Of a stretch of 64,000 nucleotides of DNA, positions 1 through 12,343 are shown in pieces; the first letter of the stretch is position 1, and every line of letters starts with the position of its first letter. The stretch covers positions 240,808,001 through 240,872,000 of the forward strand of contig OZ024740.1 in assembly GCA_964016885.1 (NCBI GenBank), given 5' to 3'. The DNA is from Eledone cirrhosa. Taxonomy: Eukaryota. A program made the position numbers and the translations under genes. Under the pieces are notes generated by a model that worked only from the letters and a program-made list of their open reading frames with translations, ran no database searches and was not told the origin of the DNA.

Positions 1-325
1 TAGTTGTGGGATGGGCCAAGGGTGGTAGGGTGGTAAAGGGGGAGTGTGTTAGAGATGTTAGTGGGGAAAGTGTGGGGGGAAGAGTGGGCGGTCGAAGGCT
101 AAAGGAATAGGGGTGGGGAGTTCAGGCCGGGGGGTGTGTGGGTCTGGAGGGTGAAGATGGTGCGTTGTTCGACCGTGAGGCGGGTGGCGGGTGTTCAATG
201 GAGTAGGCCACAGACTGTGAGGTGGTGGGCGGAATGTTCAGGGGAGCGAAAGTGGCGTGCGATCGGGGAACTCCCGCCGAGGCGAATATCCCGGAGGTGT
301 TGCGTGAAACGGTCTGCCAGGCGAT
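1..325 (-). mobile_element. Penelope-like (Neptune-type) retroelement 3' fragment, GIY-YIG C-terminal half
   Basis: ORF 195..383 reads RLADRFTQHLRDIRLGGSSPIARHF, nearly identical to the GIY-YIG region of the element at 62997-63300. Confidence 0.8.
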
Positions 326-427
326 ATATGTATATATATGAGATGTCACCATGAATGGACCTGTTATTTTTATCTAAAGACATTTTTATCCCACCCGTCC
401 CCTCAATCTATCTTATTTCTCATTCAT

Positions 428-463
428 TTTTCTGATGAAGGACTAGCGTCCGAAACGTTAAGA
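428..463 (+). ncRNA. Minimal type I hammerhead ribozyme motif
   Basis: tttt-CTGATGA-a-ggac(tagc)gtcc-GAAA-cg-TT-aaga. Stem III is palindromic (AACGTT), as in Penelope-associated minimal hammerheads. Confidence 0.7.
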
Positions 464-550
464 CCCTCTTCCTGCTATATCAAGCGTTAACCTAATATAT
501 ACCTTCAATATACTGTACCGATTGTATTGTTATTTCTGTTTACCTTTTAC

Positions 551-587
<37 letters not shown>

Positions 588-588
<1 letters not shown>

Positions 589-898
589 GAAAAAGTTTGT
601 CCTCATCAGTGGCCTTCCAACCGTCGTAGGCATTTCGTCGCATTAAAGGCCATATACCTCAGGTTGGTGCGAGCAACGGCTAAAAAAAGTCGTTGGGACA
701 CGTAAATAAGGGGTACGCTAGGGTAAACAAACAAAATGGTTTAAGCAACAGAAAGTGATGAAGAAGAAAGAAACAAGTCCCAGATTTCTAAGAATATAAA
801 TTCGGTGGAATCGTGAACGAGAGAATAAAAACCATCAAACCTGGTTGAAATGTGAGCAAGGAAGGAATTTCGCACAGGTCTAACGGGAGGAAGAAGGG

Positions 899-900
<2 letters not shown>
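588..900 (-). mobile_element. Non-coding repeat family (probable Penelope-like terminal repeat), copy 1
   Basis: Reverse complement matches 37680-38115, 40458-40845 and 41030-41485. All copies end ...CACTGATGA(A)GGAC...TTT.TTCAT, three of them directly against (TA)n. Confidence 0.65.
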
Positions 901-1204
<304 letters not shown>

Positions 1205-1460
1205 GATGAAGATGGCGTAGGACAGAACAAAGGAGAGACACAAAACAAAGAAAATAATCCCCAGTCATTGAACAGGTCACAGAATGTGTGACGAAAGAAC
1301 TTTGACAATATATGAACAACCGTCCGGTTGTGGAACCAACAACGAACCGGAAATTTATAAATTTTTTAAATTTATAATTTAATTTATAATAAATTGAAGT
1401 GAAAGCAACTTGTGCGTGTGTTTCTTATTGGCAACATGTCCCTCCCAAAGTATAACAATA
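1205..1460 (+). mobile_element. Short hammerhead-bearing element, copy A (degenerate core at 1264-1306)
   Basis: AAGATGGCGTAG head; gtca-TTGAACA-g-gtcaca(gaatg)tgtgac-GAAA-gaac-TT-tgac; 3' end CCCTCCCAAAGTATAACAATATATA shared with 41637-41980. Confidence 0.55.
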
Positions 1461-1496
1461 TATATATATATATATGTATGTATATATGTATGTATG

Positions 1497-2260
1497 ACAA
1501 GGCTACTTTCATCCATCGTACCAATAAGGAAACGTATTTCATTAACAAATTCCAACCTCTACTTAATGCACTAAACTTCGGACTAAACTAAAACTGGAAC
1601 GAACAATCAAACATTTACAAATACCTATGTCTCTCGAAAGAGTCACCCCCATTACACCCTACCTAATCCTTTTTCATAAATAAATTAAATATCATCCAGC
1701 ATGAATTACCTCTCCCTGCATATTAACTCTCTAAAAAGGGAAATCATATCAAACCCCAGTCCACCATTTGCCTCCATCATGGATCAACTAAGCACCCTTG
1801 CTATATTAACACATTTTGATCTGTTTATCTTCAAGAACTATGCCTGTAAATAACATTATTTTTTCTTTCACATTGACTTATTATGCTCCACATTACGCCC
1901 CTTTTTTTCTTTTTTGTTTTTTCTTTTCACTTTATAAACCTTGTTTGTAAATAACATTATTCTTTCTGCACCATTTCTTTAACATGTTCAACACCAACAT
2001 TCTACACCAATACATATTATTATCATTTGATAATGCATAAAAATGCTGAAACCGGTAATAGACAATTATTAAATATATAAATAAATAAATAAATGCCATT
2101 GTTAATTAATAAATAAATCAACTAATACCTTAACACTTCACACAAAGTAAAATATTTCGTTTTAATCATTTTCTAACCCAGGAAAAAGAGAGAAATAAAT
2201 AAAAAGGGAAAAAAAAAAATTTTTCTTCCTAATAATCGTCTTTTTCTCCCCTGTTTTTAT
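1497..2260 (+). mobile_element. Penelope-like 3' fragment with degenerate hammerhead (2022-2061)
   Basis: Translates ATFIHRTNKETYFINKFQPLLN, a GIY-YIG C-terminal pattern, followed by TTGATAA-t-gcat(aaaa)atgc-t-GAAA-ccgg-TA. Confidence 0.5.
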
Positions 2261-2270
2261 ATATATATAT

Positions 2271-2376
2271 ATATAGAAGAGCTTCTACAGGACTAGAACT
2301 GTTTCATTCGTGAGAAATCATCAGGATGATTTCTCACGAATGAAACAGTTCTAGTCCTGTAGAAGCTTTTCTATAT
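2271..2376. repeat. Near-perfect 52-bp-arm palindrome centred on a hammerhead core
   Basis: Arms 2271-2322 and 2325-2376 have one mismatch and a 2-nt spacer. The minus strand reads CTGATGA-tttc(tcac)gaat-GAAA-cag(ttctagtc)ctg-TA. Confidence 0.85.
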
Positions 2377-2529
2377 TAAAACTTTTATACTCCGCAATGT
2401 ATTGAGTACTTTACTTACTGTGGTTACCTCCGATTCAACCAGGAATAACATATATATAATGCGCGTGTGTGTGTACATGATTTTGTGTGTATATATTTAT
2501 ATTTATATATATATATATATATATTTATT

Positions 2530-3650
2530 AAATAACAGATTAAAGTTTAAGCAAAGAATCGCTGCTTTCACCCTTAACGGGATCTTCTGAAACTAACAAA
2601 GTCAATCTGTAAACGCAGAACTGGATATTTCAAAAAAACGTTGCAACCGGAGGAAGACAGGAAGACAATACTTTGGTTCATGGTGACGTTCGCTGGCAAA
2701 GAACGGGAAAAAACGAATAATACGTCGTTAATAGGAGCGGTGAAAAACAATTACGTGCAAGGACAGAACCACGTTTATGGTATAAAAGAGGTCGTAGACT
2801 AATGTTCTCTAAGTGGTGCATAGAGACGTTCTCTGGCAATGACCGAAAAAACGAAGATAATAAGTCATATGTGGAGCGTGGAGAACAATAGCGTGCAAAG
2901 ACAAAACCACGTAAATGGTATAGCAGAAGTCGTAGACTAAAATTCTAACTAGGAGACCGAATGAATCTCCGCTACAGAGTTAAGAACAAAGCAAATAAAT
3001 ACAATACAGAAGTAATAGGAACAAATAAATACATACACGCAAACAGATACGTACATACACAAGCATACGCATAACCTTACCATAGGTGTACAAAACCACG
3101 CACATATAAATATGTGTATGTGTGTATGCTTGTGTACAAATAAATAAATAATTATATAAACGTATATAAGTAAATAAATACGTATATAACAAGCGCACAC
3201 ACATACCTACAAATAAATACATGAAGGTTCGGAGACGTAAGTCAACTAAAACAAGAAGTACACATATACACACACCCACCATACGTACGAACCTGCATAC
3301 TCACGCAGACGCAAAACTCCCATATACACATAACCAAGCCCTAAATACCAGAATATGTAAAAATTATACGCCAAAACAGTCAAATATACGTACGAGAAGG
3401 TATACATACCTTCACAAAACATACGGGTAATATATACTTACCTATGCAAAAAGTAAAGGAATAAACAAAACATATACTTAGCTCCCACATCAAGACGTAA
3501 ATATCCACGTATAGATCGTGCTATCCGTTAGGGTATAACGTAGGGCTGTAATACAGGAAAGTTTTGTGCAATTTATGTTTACAAGCCGAAATTGCCTCAG
3601 ATTTTTTGTTTAAGATGTGGTCTGTCGCGTAGAGTATTTCCAGGGCCTCA
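2530..3650 (-). mobile_element. Penelope-like (Naiad-type) C-terminus and 3' region
   Basis: EALEILYATDHILNKKSEAISACKH matches the LNK(R/K)SE..S.C.H end of Naiad-type ORFs. The 3' region has a degenerate ~138-bp tandem duplication (about 2686-2810 and 2824-2950). Confidence 0.55.
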
Positions 3651-4113
3651 GCGGAGAGACCTGAAGATCCGCCTCTTCGTTGCTGTAGTGGAGTCTGTGC
3701 TGCTGTACGGGTCTGAGACTTGGACACTGACCAAGAAACTCACTCAGATGGTGGATGGGTGCTACACAAGAAGGCTGAGGATGGCTCTGAACATTAATCA
3801 GTATACACTGAGGATGAAGAACTCAGAGCTGTACGGGAGCCTCCCAAAAGTCAGCTCAAAAGTGACACAGAGGAGACTGAGGTTAGCTGGACATGCTCAC
3901 CGACATCCAGAGTTGACACTGCACTCAGTGCTCCTGTGGGAGCCCCTGCATGGACACACTGGAAGAGGAAGACCAAGGTTAACATATGTTGATGCCCTAA
4001 GGACAGACAGTGTTCTCTTGGGGACGCAGGACATGGCAGCGATAATGAGGGCCAGAGACCGCTGGAGAGGACTCGTCCATGGATCTCGGGAATTTTATCC
4101 GCCATAGATAGAT
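3645..4113 (+). mobile_element. RTE-clade LINE, 3' fragment
   Basis: VESVLLYGSETWTL...RRLRLAGH...GRGRPRLTY motifs and an ATAG-type tail. Confidence 0.8.
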
Positions 4114-4129
4114 ATCCGAAACCTAACTA

Positions 4130-4199
4130 TTTCATCTGATGAACGAGCTGGACGTTTCTGTAGTGATCGTCTTGTCTCCTGAAACCTTTGGTAATGGAA
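4130..4199 (+). ncRNA. Type I hammerhead ribozyme motif with extended stem II
   Basis: tttcat-CTGATGA-[38 nt]-GAAA-cc(ttt)gg-TA-atggaa; stems I and III pair. Confidence 0.7.
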
Positions 4200-4342
4200 T
4201 AATTATATTGTGTTGTTTACTATGTAATTAAACAGCTCTGTACTATACATAGAGCACTCTTCTTTCCTTTACCTTTTCTACGTAAATACTTATCACGCAC
4301 ACACGCATACATATATATATATGTGTGTGTGTGTATTATTTA

Positions 4343-6052
4343 TTACGGAACAAAAACGCTACGCAAGGTTTCAAGGCCCAAATTTGACCAGACCTAGAGA
4401 ATACAAGAGGCATCAAATTAGTGACCTCTCTTCAGGCACTTTAACGAGTTTATAAGTTACCGTTAAAAGTAAAATTTGTTAAAAACGCGTATTTACAGAA
4501 AAAAAGTAATATAACAAAGGCAAATAACTCCAAGATTTAAATTTGAATTTTGAGAGCATTCATGTGTTTGTGTTCGTACACTATAGCAGAAGTATTATAT
4601 TATTTGATGGAATGTAATATAGAGATGGTAATATTTATTAAGGTATGGCTTAGAGTAGTATATAAAATGTATTGTATTATGTAAATGTGGAAAGAGAAAG
4701 AGAAAGAGAAAGAAAGGATATAACGCAAGTATATAAATCAAATTCAGGCGGTTGAAAATCAGTCGAATATGTTGATTATTTCCATTTAGCAAGCAGTTAT
4801 ATTTTGAGATGGAGGCATCCAATAAAAAATTTCGCTCTTTGAGTTCAAATAAATATTGTTCGGAGATGACTAACCTTGTGATATCCTAAATTTCTCACTC
4901 AGACAAAGACGACATTTCTTCGTACCGTTGGTGTAAGGACTGGATCTTTCAACTATCATCCTAGAGATCTTATGGGGGACCCCTTTCTCCTTTAATTGCT
5001 AGACATTCTTTGCCAGGGCTGTACTGGTTCTCATATCATGGTTCTTGAAGGAGTGGAGATGCGTTTAAAAATGTCGTTTAACCTATACTGCACCATATCG
5101 ACGTGTCTTTCGCTAACTTCAGAATTTTCTGTGTTGTGTAATTTATGCCTCACACAACGGATTTGATATACCATTTCTATTGGTGAGGATAATTCTCTTT
5201 AATGAGCAACTTGGATTAACGCAGGGTATAAACTTTGCAGTAATTTTTAATCTCATAGATGGTCCACATGAATAGGATTCGTATCTTGACGAAATTGCGA
5301 TTGAATATTTTATTGTATCTATGTTGTAGTGGGAAATGTCTATCTAATAAATCTAAAAATATTTTACCTACATTAGTCTTTACTTTAAGAGAAAAGGAGG
5401 GTGCAAACCAGATAATGTTTCTTTTTCTATTAGCATTTTTCGTATGGTTGGGTTGGTAATGATTGGATGTGTACTTAATTTTGTTCTTAAAACCACTATC
5501 TAGGAGGGCTTGATTGTAGTAAGACGCAGCCTTAACGAAAATCTCCCTGGTTGCTGATAGATTTTAAATCCTACGACTCATATTAGAAACGACGTTTAAA
5601 AAAACAGCAGTTGGGAAGCATGAGACTTTACTAATATATTTAAATTTTTTGTTAGGTTTATGGTATGGTTTAAACGAAGCTGTGGTTAGGTCTAAGTTTA
5701 CATCAAAGAAATTTGCATTAGTAAGATTCATATCAACCGTAATTTACGTTATTTTTACGGAATCTGTCCGTTACAATCATGTGAAAACGAAAGACCGTCG
5801 TCGTCACGGTAAAGACCAAAGGAGTGGTTGGGAATTTAGACTTTAGTGTATGAAGAATGTGTAAGCCGATAAGATTACAAGCATCAGCCTTGTTATAGGA
5901 TCTAATGGAGACATCAGAAGAATTACGTTTTTTCGTAAAAACGTGGTTTTAACAAATTTTACTTTTAGAGGTCACTAATTTAATGCCTCTTGTATTCTGG
6001 ATATATGGTCCAAATTGAGCCTTGAAACGTTAGGTAGCACTTTTGTTTCGTG
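4343..6052. mobile_element. DNA transposon / MITE-like element with long degenerate terminal inverted repeats
   Basis: 4343-4510 is the inverted counterpart of 5921-6052 (shared gtttcaaggc, agaatacaagaggcat.aaattagtgacctct, aaaagtaaaatttgttaaaa). Confidence 0.65.
4540..5850 (-). pseudogene. Degenerate Penelope-like (Naiad-type) RT plus GIY-YIG
   Basis: Broken frames read RDDDGL, NFFDVNLDLTTASFKPYHKPN, RKRNIIWFAPSFSLKVKTNVGKIFLDLLDRHFP, SYSC and CRLCLSEK. Confidence 0.8.
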
Positions 6053-6659
6053 TATGAACATAAATAATATTTCTGCACCCTTCCCGATTGAGCACTGTAT
6101 ATAAAGTAATAATAAAATAAATTACCATGCAACTGTGTGCAATTTATTATGACACCAGTTCTAGAGAGGCCATCATATTTTTGTCACCATTAACGAGTCT
6201 TCACAACCCCTTATTTTGCAAGCTTTCTACGACTGGATGTCCTTCTTATCACCAACTACTTAACAGCATGTACTGGGTGCGTTTATCGTACACACACAGT
6301 GGTACTATATTTATATTTGTAGGAAAAGTGAGTGGTACTAGTATTGCAGGGGTTTACAAATCTTGAAAATAATTGAGAGTATATTTAGTGGGAGACAGAA
6401 ACGTCTGTATTCTCCACAATTCAGTCATCAACATTAACTATTGTATTGCATATTAATCTATTGAATCATCTTGTAATACTAAACATCACACATGAATTTA
6501 ATCATGACTTCATGTAGATATTTATCGATGTTGCAACTATTATTGCTATTTTTTGTTACTGCTTCAATGATTGCATATCTGGTGACAGTTAAAATTTATG
6601 GTGCATAAATATCAATATGGTTGCTTCATTTCTCTCCAGCCTACATATGTCCTCTGCAG

Positions 6660-6875
6660 TCACTGTCCATGTTTCACTACTATGCAGCATTGCACTCGCA
6701 ACTTTGCATACATGCATAATTTTGTACATAGGGAGAAACCTTTTGTTGCCAGCAGTGGGATTAGCTCTCTAAACGTATTCCATCCTCTCCTTATTCTAGC
6801 TATTATGCTCTAGGAACACCCTTCTCCATTGCTAATTAGGTCACTTAGATAGTAAGAGCTATCAATCACTTCTAT
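6660..6875 (-). mobile_element. RTE-type LINE fragment related to 8235-11640
   Basis: Reads YYLSDLISNGEGCS*SIIARIRRGWNTFRELIPLLATKG. Confidence 0.6.
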
Positions 6876-6893
6876 GGATTCTTCATGTGATGA

Positions 6894-7085
6894 AGGCATG
6901 TGGCTGAGTGGTTAGAGAATTGGATTCGCAATCGTAAGGTTGTTATTTCGATTCTCGAACTGGGCGATGTGTTATATCCTTGAGCAAGACACTTTATTTC
7001 ATGCTGCTCATTCTGCCTGGATTTGCAACCAACAGATAGTATTAGCAATTGAAAAGACCAATGGAAACATTGTTTCCTTGGTCCG
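6894..7085 (+). mobile_element. tRNA-derived SINE with CORE-like domain
   Basis: A box TGGCTGAGTGG, B box-like TTCGATTCT, then CCTTGAGCAAGACACTTT. An inverted relative lies at 14505-14700. Confidence 0.65.
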
Positions 7086-7539
7086 ATTTGGCGAGCTCCA
7101 CCCCACTCATTAAGTGAATGAGGTCTAGGATCTTGCCGATCAACTGTCGATATATATATATATATAAGTGCAAGTAGTTTAAGGTCATCTTCCTTGTAGT
7201 ACGGGTTAACCTTGAAGTCCCCATGACAAGCTTCTTCATTTGGATCCCTGGCTTTAATTTCATTTTCCATTAATTTTAGCCATCTCTATTTTAGTCTTTC
7301 CCCTTCCTCTATTTCCTTTTACAGTCACTTCTATCACTCTTCTCACCCAACAACTTTGATCATTCATCAACACATGACCCAACCATCTCATTCAAATTCT
7401 TCACAATATTCTGGCTCTATTCCCATCATACTCTATATTTCATTGTTTGTCTCTCTTTCTCTGAGCAATACTCTACTTATCCATTATGTACTTCAGCAAT
7501 GTGTTAAATGTACTTAGCAACTGCTTTTCTTCTTCTCGG

Positions 7540-7855
7540 AGTGACTTTAAATGGTTGAAATGAAGTATGGTGCTTTTGGTTGAGAACTGTTATCAGCATA
7601 CCTCAACAGACTAAGATCTGGTGTTGGATGTGCAAAAAATGGGGATATTTAAAGGATGGGGATGTTGTGTGTGACTGTGGCATCAAACTACAGACTATGC
7701 AGCACCTCCTGATATGCCCCCTGCTGGAATACCTCTGCACAGCATTGGACTTGGCAGAGTATAATGAGAAAGGACAGCAATGTGTTAAGCTGTGGTGGAA
7801 CCACATCTAGCCAAGCTTTGTAATTGACACTCTTGTGGACATGATAATAATAAGA
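7540..7855 (+). mobile_element. LINE 3' end, Ingi/Vingi-like CCHC tail
   Basis: KKWGY...CDCG...QTMQHLLICP followed by a short (TAA)n tail. Confidence 0.6.
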
Positions 7856-8234
7856 ACCTCAGGGTAACATATTTCTGGCACATGCTGGAAGGTTCTGTTT
7901 GCTCCATTTACACTGATCACAGACCTCTTATATATGCTTTGAATCAATGGTTATTTACCACATAAAGGGTTTGGACAATTTTGCAGCTGACACAGTTTTC
8001 CATCCACTTGAATGCCCTGAACAATTCTGCATTGACTAATTTCAAGAATTGGCTGCTAATCAAGATATGGATGAAGAACCTCAAAAGTCTTCCTTTTCTT
8101 TGAAATTCCAGCTTCTTCTTCTTCTTATACCTCTCTCCCTTCTTCCTCCTCCTCTCTCCTCTTCACATCCACCCACACACAAAATGTTACACTTGTCTAC
8201 TGTTGTTTATTTTTTACTTATTTTGCATATGAAT

Positions 8235-11200
8235 CATCATCATCATCATCATCATCATTATTGTTTAACGTCCATCTTCCACACTAGCATGGGTTAGACG
8301 GCTTTGTCCCACTTGTGGTGAGATTGGTCAGGTGACCGTGTCTCGCTTGTACAGAACTGTTTCTGGCAGGTTTTCTATGGCTAGATGCCCTTCCTAACAC
8401 CAATTACATTTAGTGTGAACTGGGAGCCTTTTTACCGTGTCTCCCACACGACCACATTACAGTGTGGACTGGGTGCTTTTTGTCGTGTCCCCTACATGAC
8501 CACTTTGCAGTGGATGGAAGTGGGATGATGGAGTAGGGGTAGTGGGGTGTTGGGTTAAGAGGTGCCTACTGACTGTTGGCTTAAGTTTGTATGTAAGGGA
8601 AGGTGGGTCTTCTGTATAACTGCATAGCACCAAAGATCTTGATCCAGTGTCATTGTCTCAGAGAGGTGTAAGTGAGCAAGGTCAGTTTTTATCCCAGGCT
8701 TTTCTTGGTCTACTCACACTGTAGCTTCCATCAATTTTGATCACTCTGCACTTTTTTATACAGCTGTTGTCTTTCATACGCATCCATACCAACACAATCT
8801 CCTCTCCTGTACACAACATTTGATACCACTTATGCTTAGTCTCTCTCTCAATTTGTTTATGCTTTGCTGTTCACGTGCATTACTATTACACATCCATCGG
8901 AGCATGCAAGTTTCGTTTCTTTCTAATCTATGCAAGTCTTCTGCACACAATGCCCAGGTCTCTCTACCATGTAACATTGCCATTCGTATACAAGCATCAT
9001 ACAATCTGCCATTCATTTTTAGAGAAAAATCATCTGTGGCCAATAGCGGTATTAGCTCCCTCAACTTTGTCCATCCCGTTCGCTACTGTACTTTCAGAAC
9101 ATCCTCCTCCACTGCTGATTTTGTAACAGAAAGTGTCTAATATTTCTATAGAACCATCTGGGCAGTTGAAGGAGATAGTATCTAGTGGGCCCTTGCTACT
9201 TACTGCAGCTGAGCATCGGCCACATACAAAATCTACATTCTTAGATAGATTACCTGTGATCCCACTACATCTTTTATGTACCCATAGTTTGCATTTGGGG
9301 CATAGAATGGAATTTCTACCTACTCCTTTCTTACACACTGAGCATGGCCATTTTCCCAGAGGGCATCTGTGCCCTATTTTCCTTTCTACATACTAGAACT
9401 TTAGTCTTAGACAAGTTAACTTTAAGGCCTTTAGATTCTAGGCCATGCTTCCATGTTTAGAATTTCTTCTCTAGTTTAGCCATAGATTCAGCTATGAGAG
9501 TTAGATCATCTGCATATAGAAGTTCCCATGGGCAGCCAGTCTTAAACTCTTCTGTTATAACTTGTAGGACAATAATAAACAGGAGGCAGCTAAGGGCGGA
9601 GCCTTGATGAACACCTAATTTTACGCTAAATTCTTCACTACATTCCTTGTTAATTCTAACCTTGCTGACTGTTCCTCTATACATGGCTTGTATAGCTCTC
9701 ACAAGCCACTCATCTACTCTTAGTTTTCTAAGAGCCCACCAGATAATGGAGCAGGGGACTCAGTCAAAGGCTTTCTCCAAGTCAACAAAAACTAAGTAGA
9801 GAGGTTTACTTTTAGCTAGGTACTTCTCCTGTAGTTGCCGTACAAGGAAGAAATCATCTGTGGTACTTTTACCTGGCACAAACCCAAACTGCATTTCATC
9901 TAGATCAATTTGGTCTCTAATCAGTTGTGTAATAACTCTTTCTGTGACTTTCATGACCTGGTCAACTAACTTAATGCCTCTATAGTTTCCTCTATCTAGG
10001 GCATGTCCTTTGCCCTTGTAACAGTTGACGATGCTGCTGCTATGCCAGTAATTTGGTATGACCCCATTCTGTATTACTTGGTTTACTATCTGGGTGACCA
10101 TAGTATGTCTCACCATTCCAGATGCTTTCAACATTTCAGCAACTATCTCCGAAGGTCCAGCTGCCTTGCCTGTCTTCAAATTATCTTTGATTGCCTTACT
10201 TACTATACTATCATTAACTTGCACAGCTGGTCCCTCTGTTGGATCAATTTGGGGCAGACTATCTTTATCCTATTCATTCTCCTCATTTAGTAGTCTCTCG
10301 TAGTGACACTTCCAAGCTACCTTCTTATCAGTATCAGTGAGGGCAAGTATACCATTGTCATTATAGACACACATCTCCCCGACAATATCACAGTTTTCCT
10401 TGACACATTGTTTTGCAATCCTGAACACCTCACAGCTTTGGTCCTTGCGTTGTAGAACATGCTTGAATTTTCTATCCTCTGCTTCCCCTCTTGCAAAGTA
10501 TACTTGTCACCTATCTTCTCTCCTAGCCACCTGATAGTGTTCTCTACTTCCTCCATCCCGCCATACTTTTCAAGCCTGCTTTTTGGCCTTGATTGTCTCC
10601 TCCACCTTACTGTTCCACCACCACGTTACTCTCCTCTTGCCTAAAGGTCTGCTCCAGCCACAGATTTCATGTCGCCTTCAGCAGGTTAACTTTCAGGGAT
10701 TCCCACTGTTCCTCTATATTGTACACCTCTAATTGCTCTTCCTTACTGTCAAAAGCATCAAGTAATATGCTTTTAAATTTGTTACTGGCTGTGGGGTTCT
10801 TCAACTTCCATAATCTTTTCCTCGAGGTATTCCTCTGTTGTCGAGTACGTCTAGCCCTGACTATGAGGTCACTAACTATTAGGCTATGTTGGGAGGGACT
10901 TAGTGTTTATAACAAACACTCTGACTAATTTTCTAGTAAGGATAAAATCTATCTGGCTGGTGTGCTCTCCTGATCTAAAGGTGATTGTCTTGTTTTTTGA
11001 AGTTTGTGTTACAGATAGTTAGGTTATTAGCATCACAGAATTTCAGTATCCTGAAGCCTTCTTCATTTCTAGTACCAAACTCATAACCTCCATGGATTTC
11101 ATCATAGCCATCACATGACCATTAAGGTTGCCAGCAATAATTATATAGCCGCTGTTGGTTATCTGGGAGGTAGTGAGCATTAGCGACTCATAGAACTTGT

Positions 11201-11640
11201 CTTTTATAATTGTTTCTACTTTTGGCACAAGGCCAGCAATTGCCCAGTGTATTACTGGTACTTTATTTTATCGACCCCGTAAGGATGAAAGGCAAAGTTA
11301 ACCTCGGCGGGATTTGAATTCAGATTGGAAAAGGCCGTAACTCTATGCATCAAAGCATGGCGCCCGACCCTCTACCGATACTGCCAATCCACCGCCCTTT
11401 TATAATGTCTTTTATAATGTCTGGTAGACTAGATTGAGGTGCATAAGCAGATATTATTGATACAGTTGTTCTATTTAGAACTAGTCTTATTTTAATTATT
11501 CTGTCATTTACTCTATTTACCTTATCTACCCATTATTCTGCTTACATAATTCCAACACCACCCAGCCCATTATCACATCCCACCCAGAAAAGTTTATAGG
11601 ATCGTTTCTTGCCCACAATGAATCTAGCAGACCCACCCCT
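8235..11640 (-). mobile_element. Degenerate RTE/RTEX-like LINE (APE, RT, Cys-rich insertion)
   Basis: VSAYAPQ endonuclease motif, NYRGIKL, FVDLEKAFD, GVHQGSALS, LLYADDL, CSVCKKGVGRNSILCPKCKLWVHKRCSGI and an (ATG)n tail; many stops and frameshifts. Confidence 0.85.
11208..11397 (-). mobile_element. tRNA-derived SINE (Meta/Sauria-like central domain) inserted in the LINE
   Basis: TGGCAGTATCGG A box, TTCAAATCC B box, GCCTTTCATCCTTACGGGGTCGATAAAATAAAGTACCAG, and a flanking CTTTTATAAT duplication. Confidence 0.85.
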
Positions 11641-12159
11641 CCACTTGGTCTCTTTAAAGCAAAACATAAACACGATGATACATTACATTTATAATGATAT
11701 CTTGTTTAAAAAAAAAACAAAAAAAAAAACAAACAAAAGCAATACAACACTGTATTATATGAACACTATCCCTTAGTTTCACTATGTAGCTGTACACTCT
11801 CTTTCCTTGCATACTGTTGCCATTTGCAGCACACCCATATTAAGATTAAGATTTCGATCTGTTGCAGCTGGCTTTAACTATTTATTTAAAGCATACATTA
11901 AGTATTTATAGTGCAACATCAAATTGTTGTGCTTCATGGATTTTTTCTTTTTTGAAATATTCATTGTTAAGCCACCATTACCACACTGGTTCAGCTGCAG
12001 ATGAAAGCATTTAATGCTTTCAATTTAACTTCCATTTGTAGCAATTTCATTTTACATTATATCATTAATGTGTTTGGAGAATAATAAGAACATCACAACT
12101 CTTATTCTCCCTACCCGCTACCCTCAAAAAAGGATTGATTAATTTCCCAGTCAATAGAA

Positions 12160-12343
12160 TAATTGTTTCTACTTTAGGCACAAGGCCAGCAATTACCCAG
12201 TGCATTACTGGTACTTTATTTTATCGACCCCGTAAGGATGAAAGGCAAAGTCAACCTCGGCGGGATTTGAACTCAGATCGTAAAGGGACGTAACTATGCT
12301 GGAAAGCATGGCGTCCGACCCTCTACCGATACTGCCAATCCAC
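12160..12343 (-). mobile_element. tRNA-derived SINE, same family as 11208-11397
   Basis: High identity to 11208-11397 and 35142-35330. Confidence 0.85.

Noticed and set aside
2555-2595. Hammerhead-like CAGAAGA-ccc/ggg-GAAA on the minus strand
   Set aside because: The core is mutated and stems I and III do not pair.
5100-5290. Possible selenocysteine recoding in the Naiad-type fragment
   Set aside because: The SYSC and CRLC motifs use normal Cys codons, and no convincing SECIS was found.
11208-11397. tRNA genes suggested by A/B boxes
   Set aside because: These are multi-copy SINE heads with no cloverleaf.
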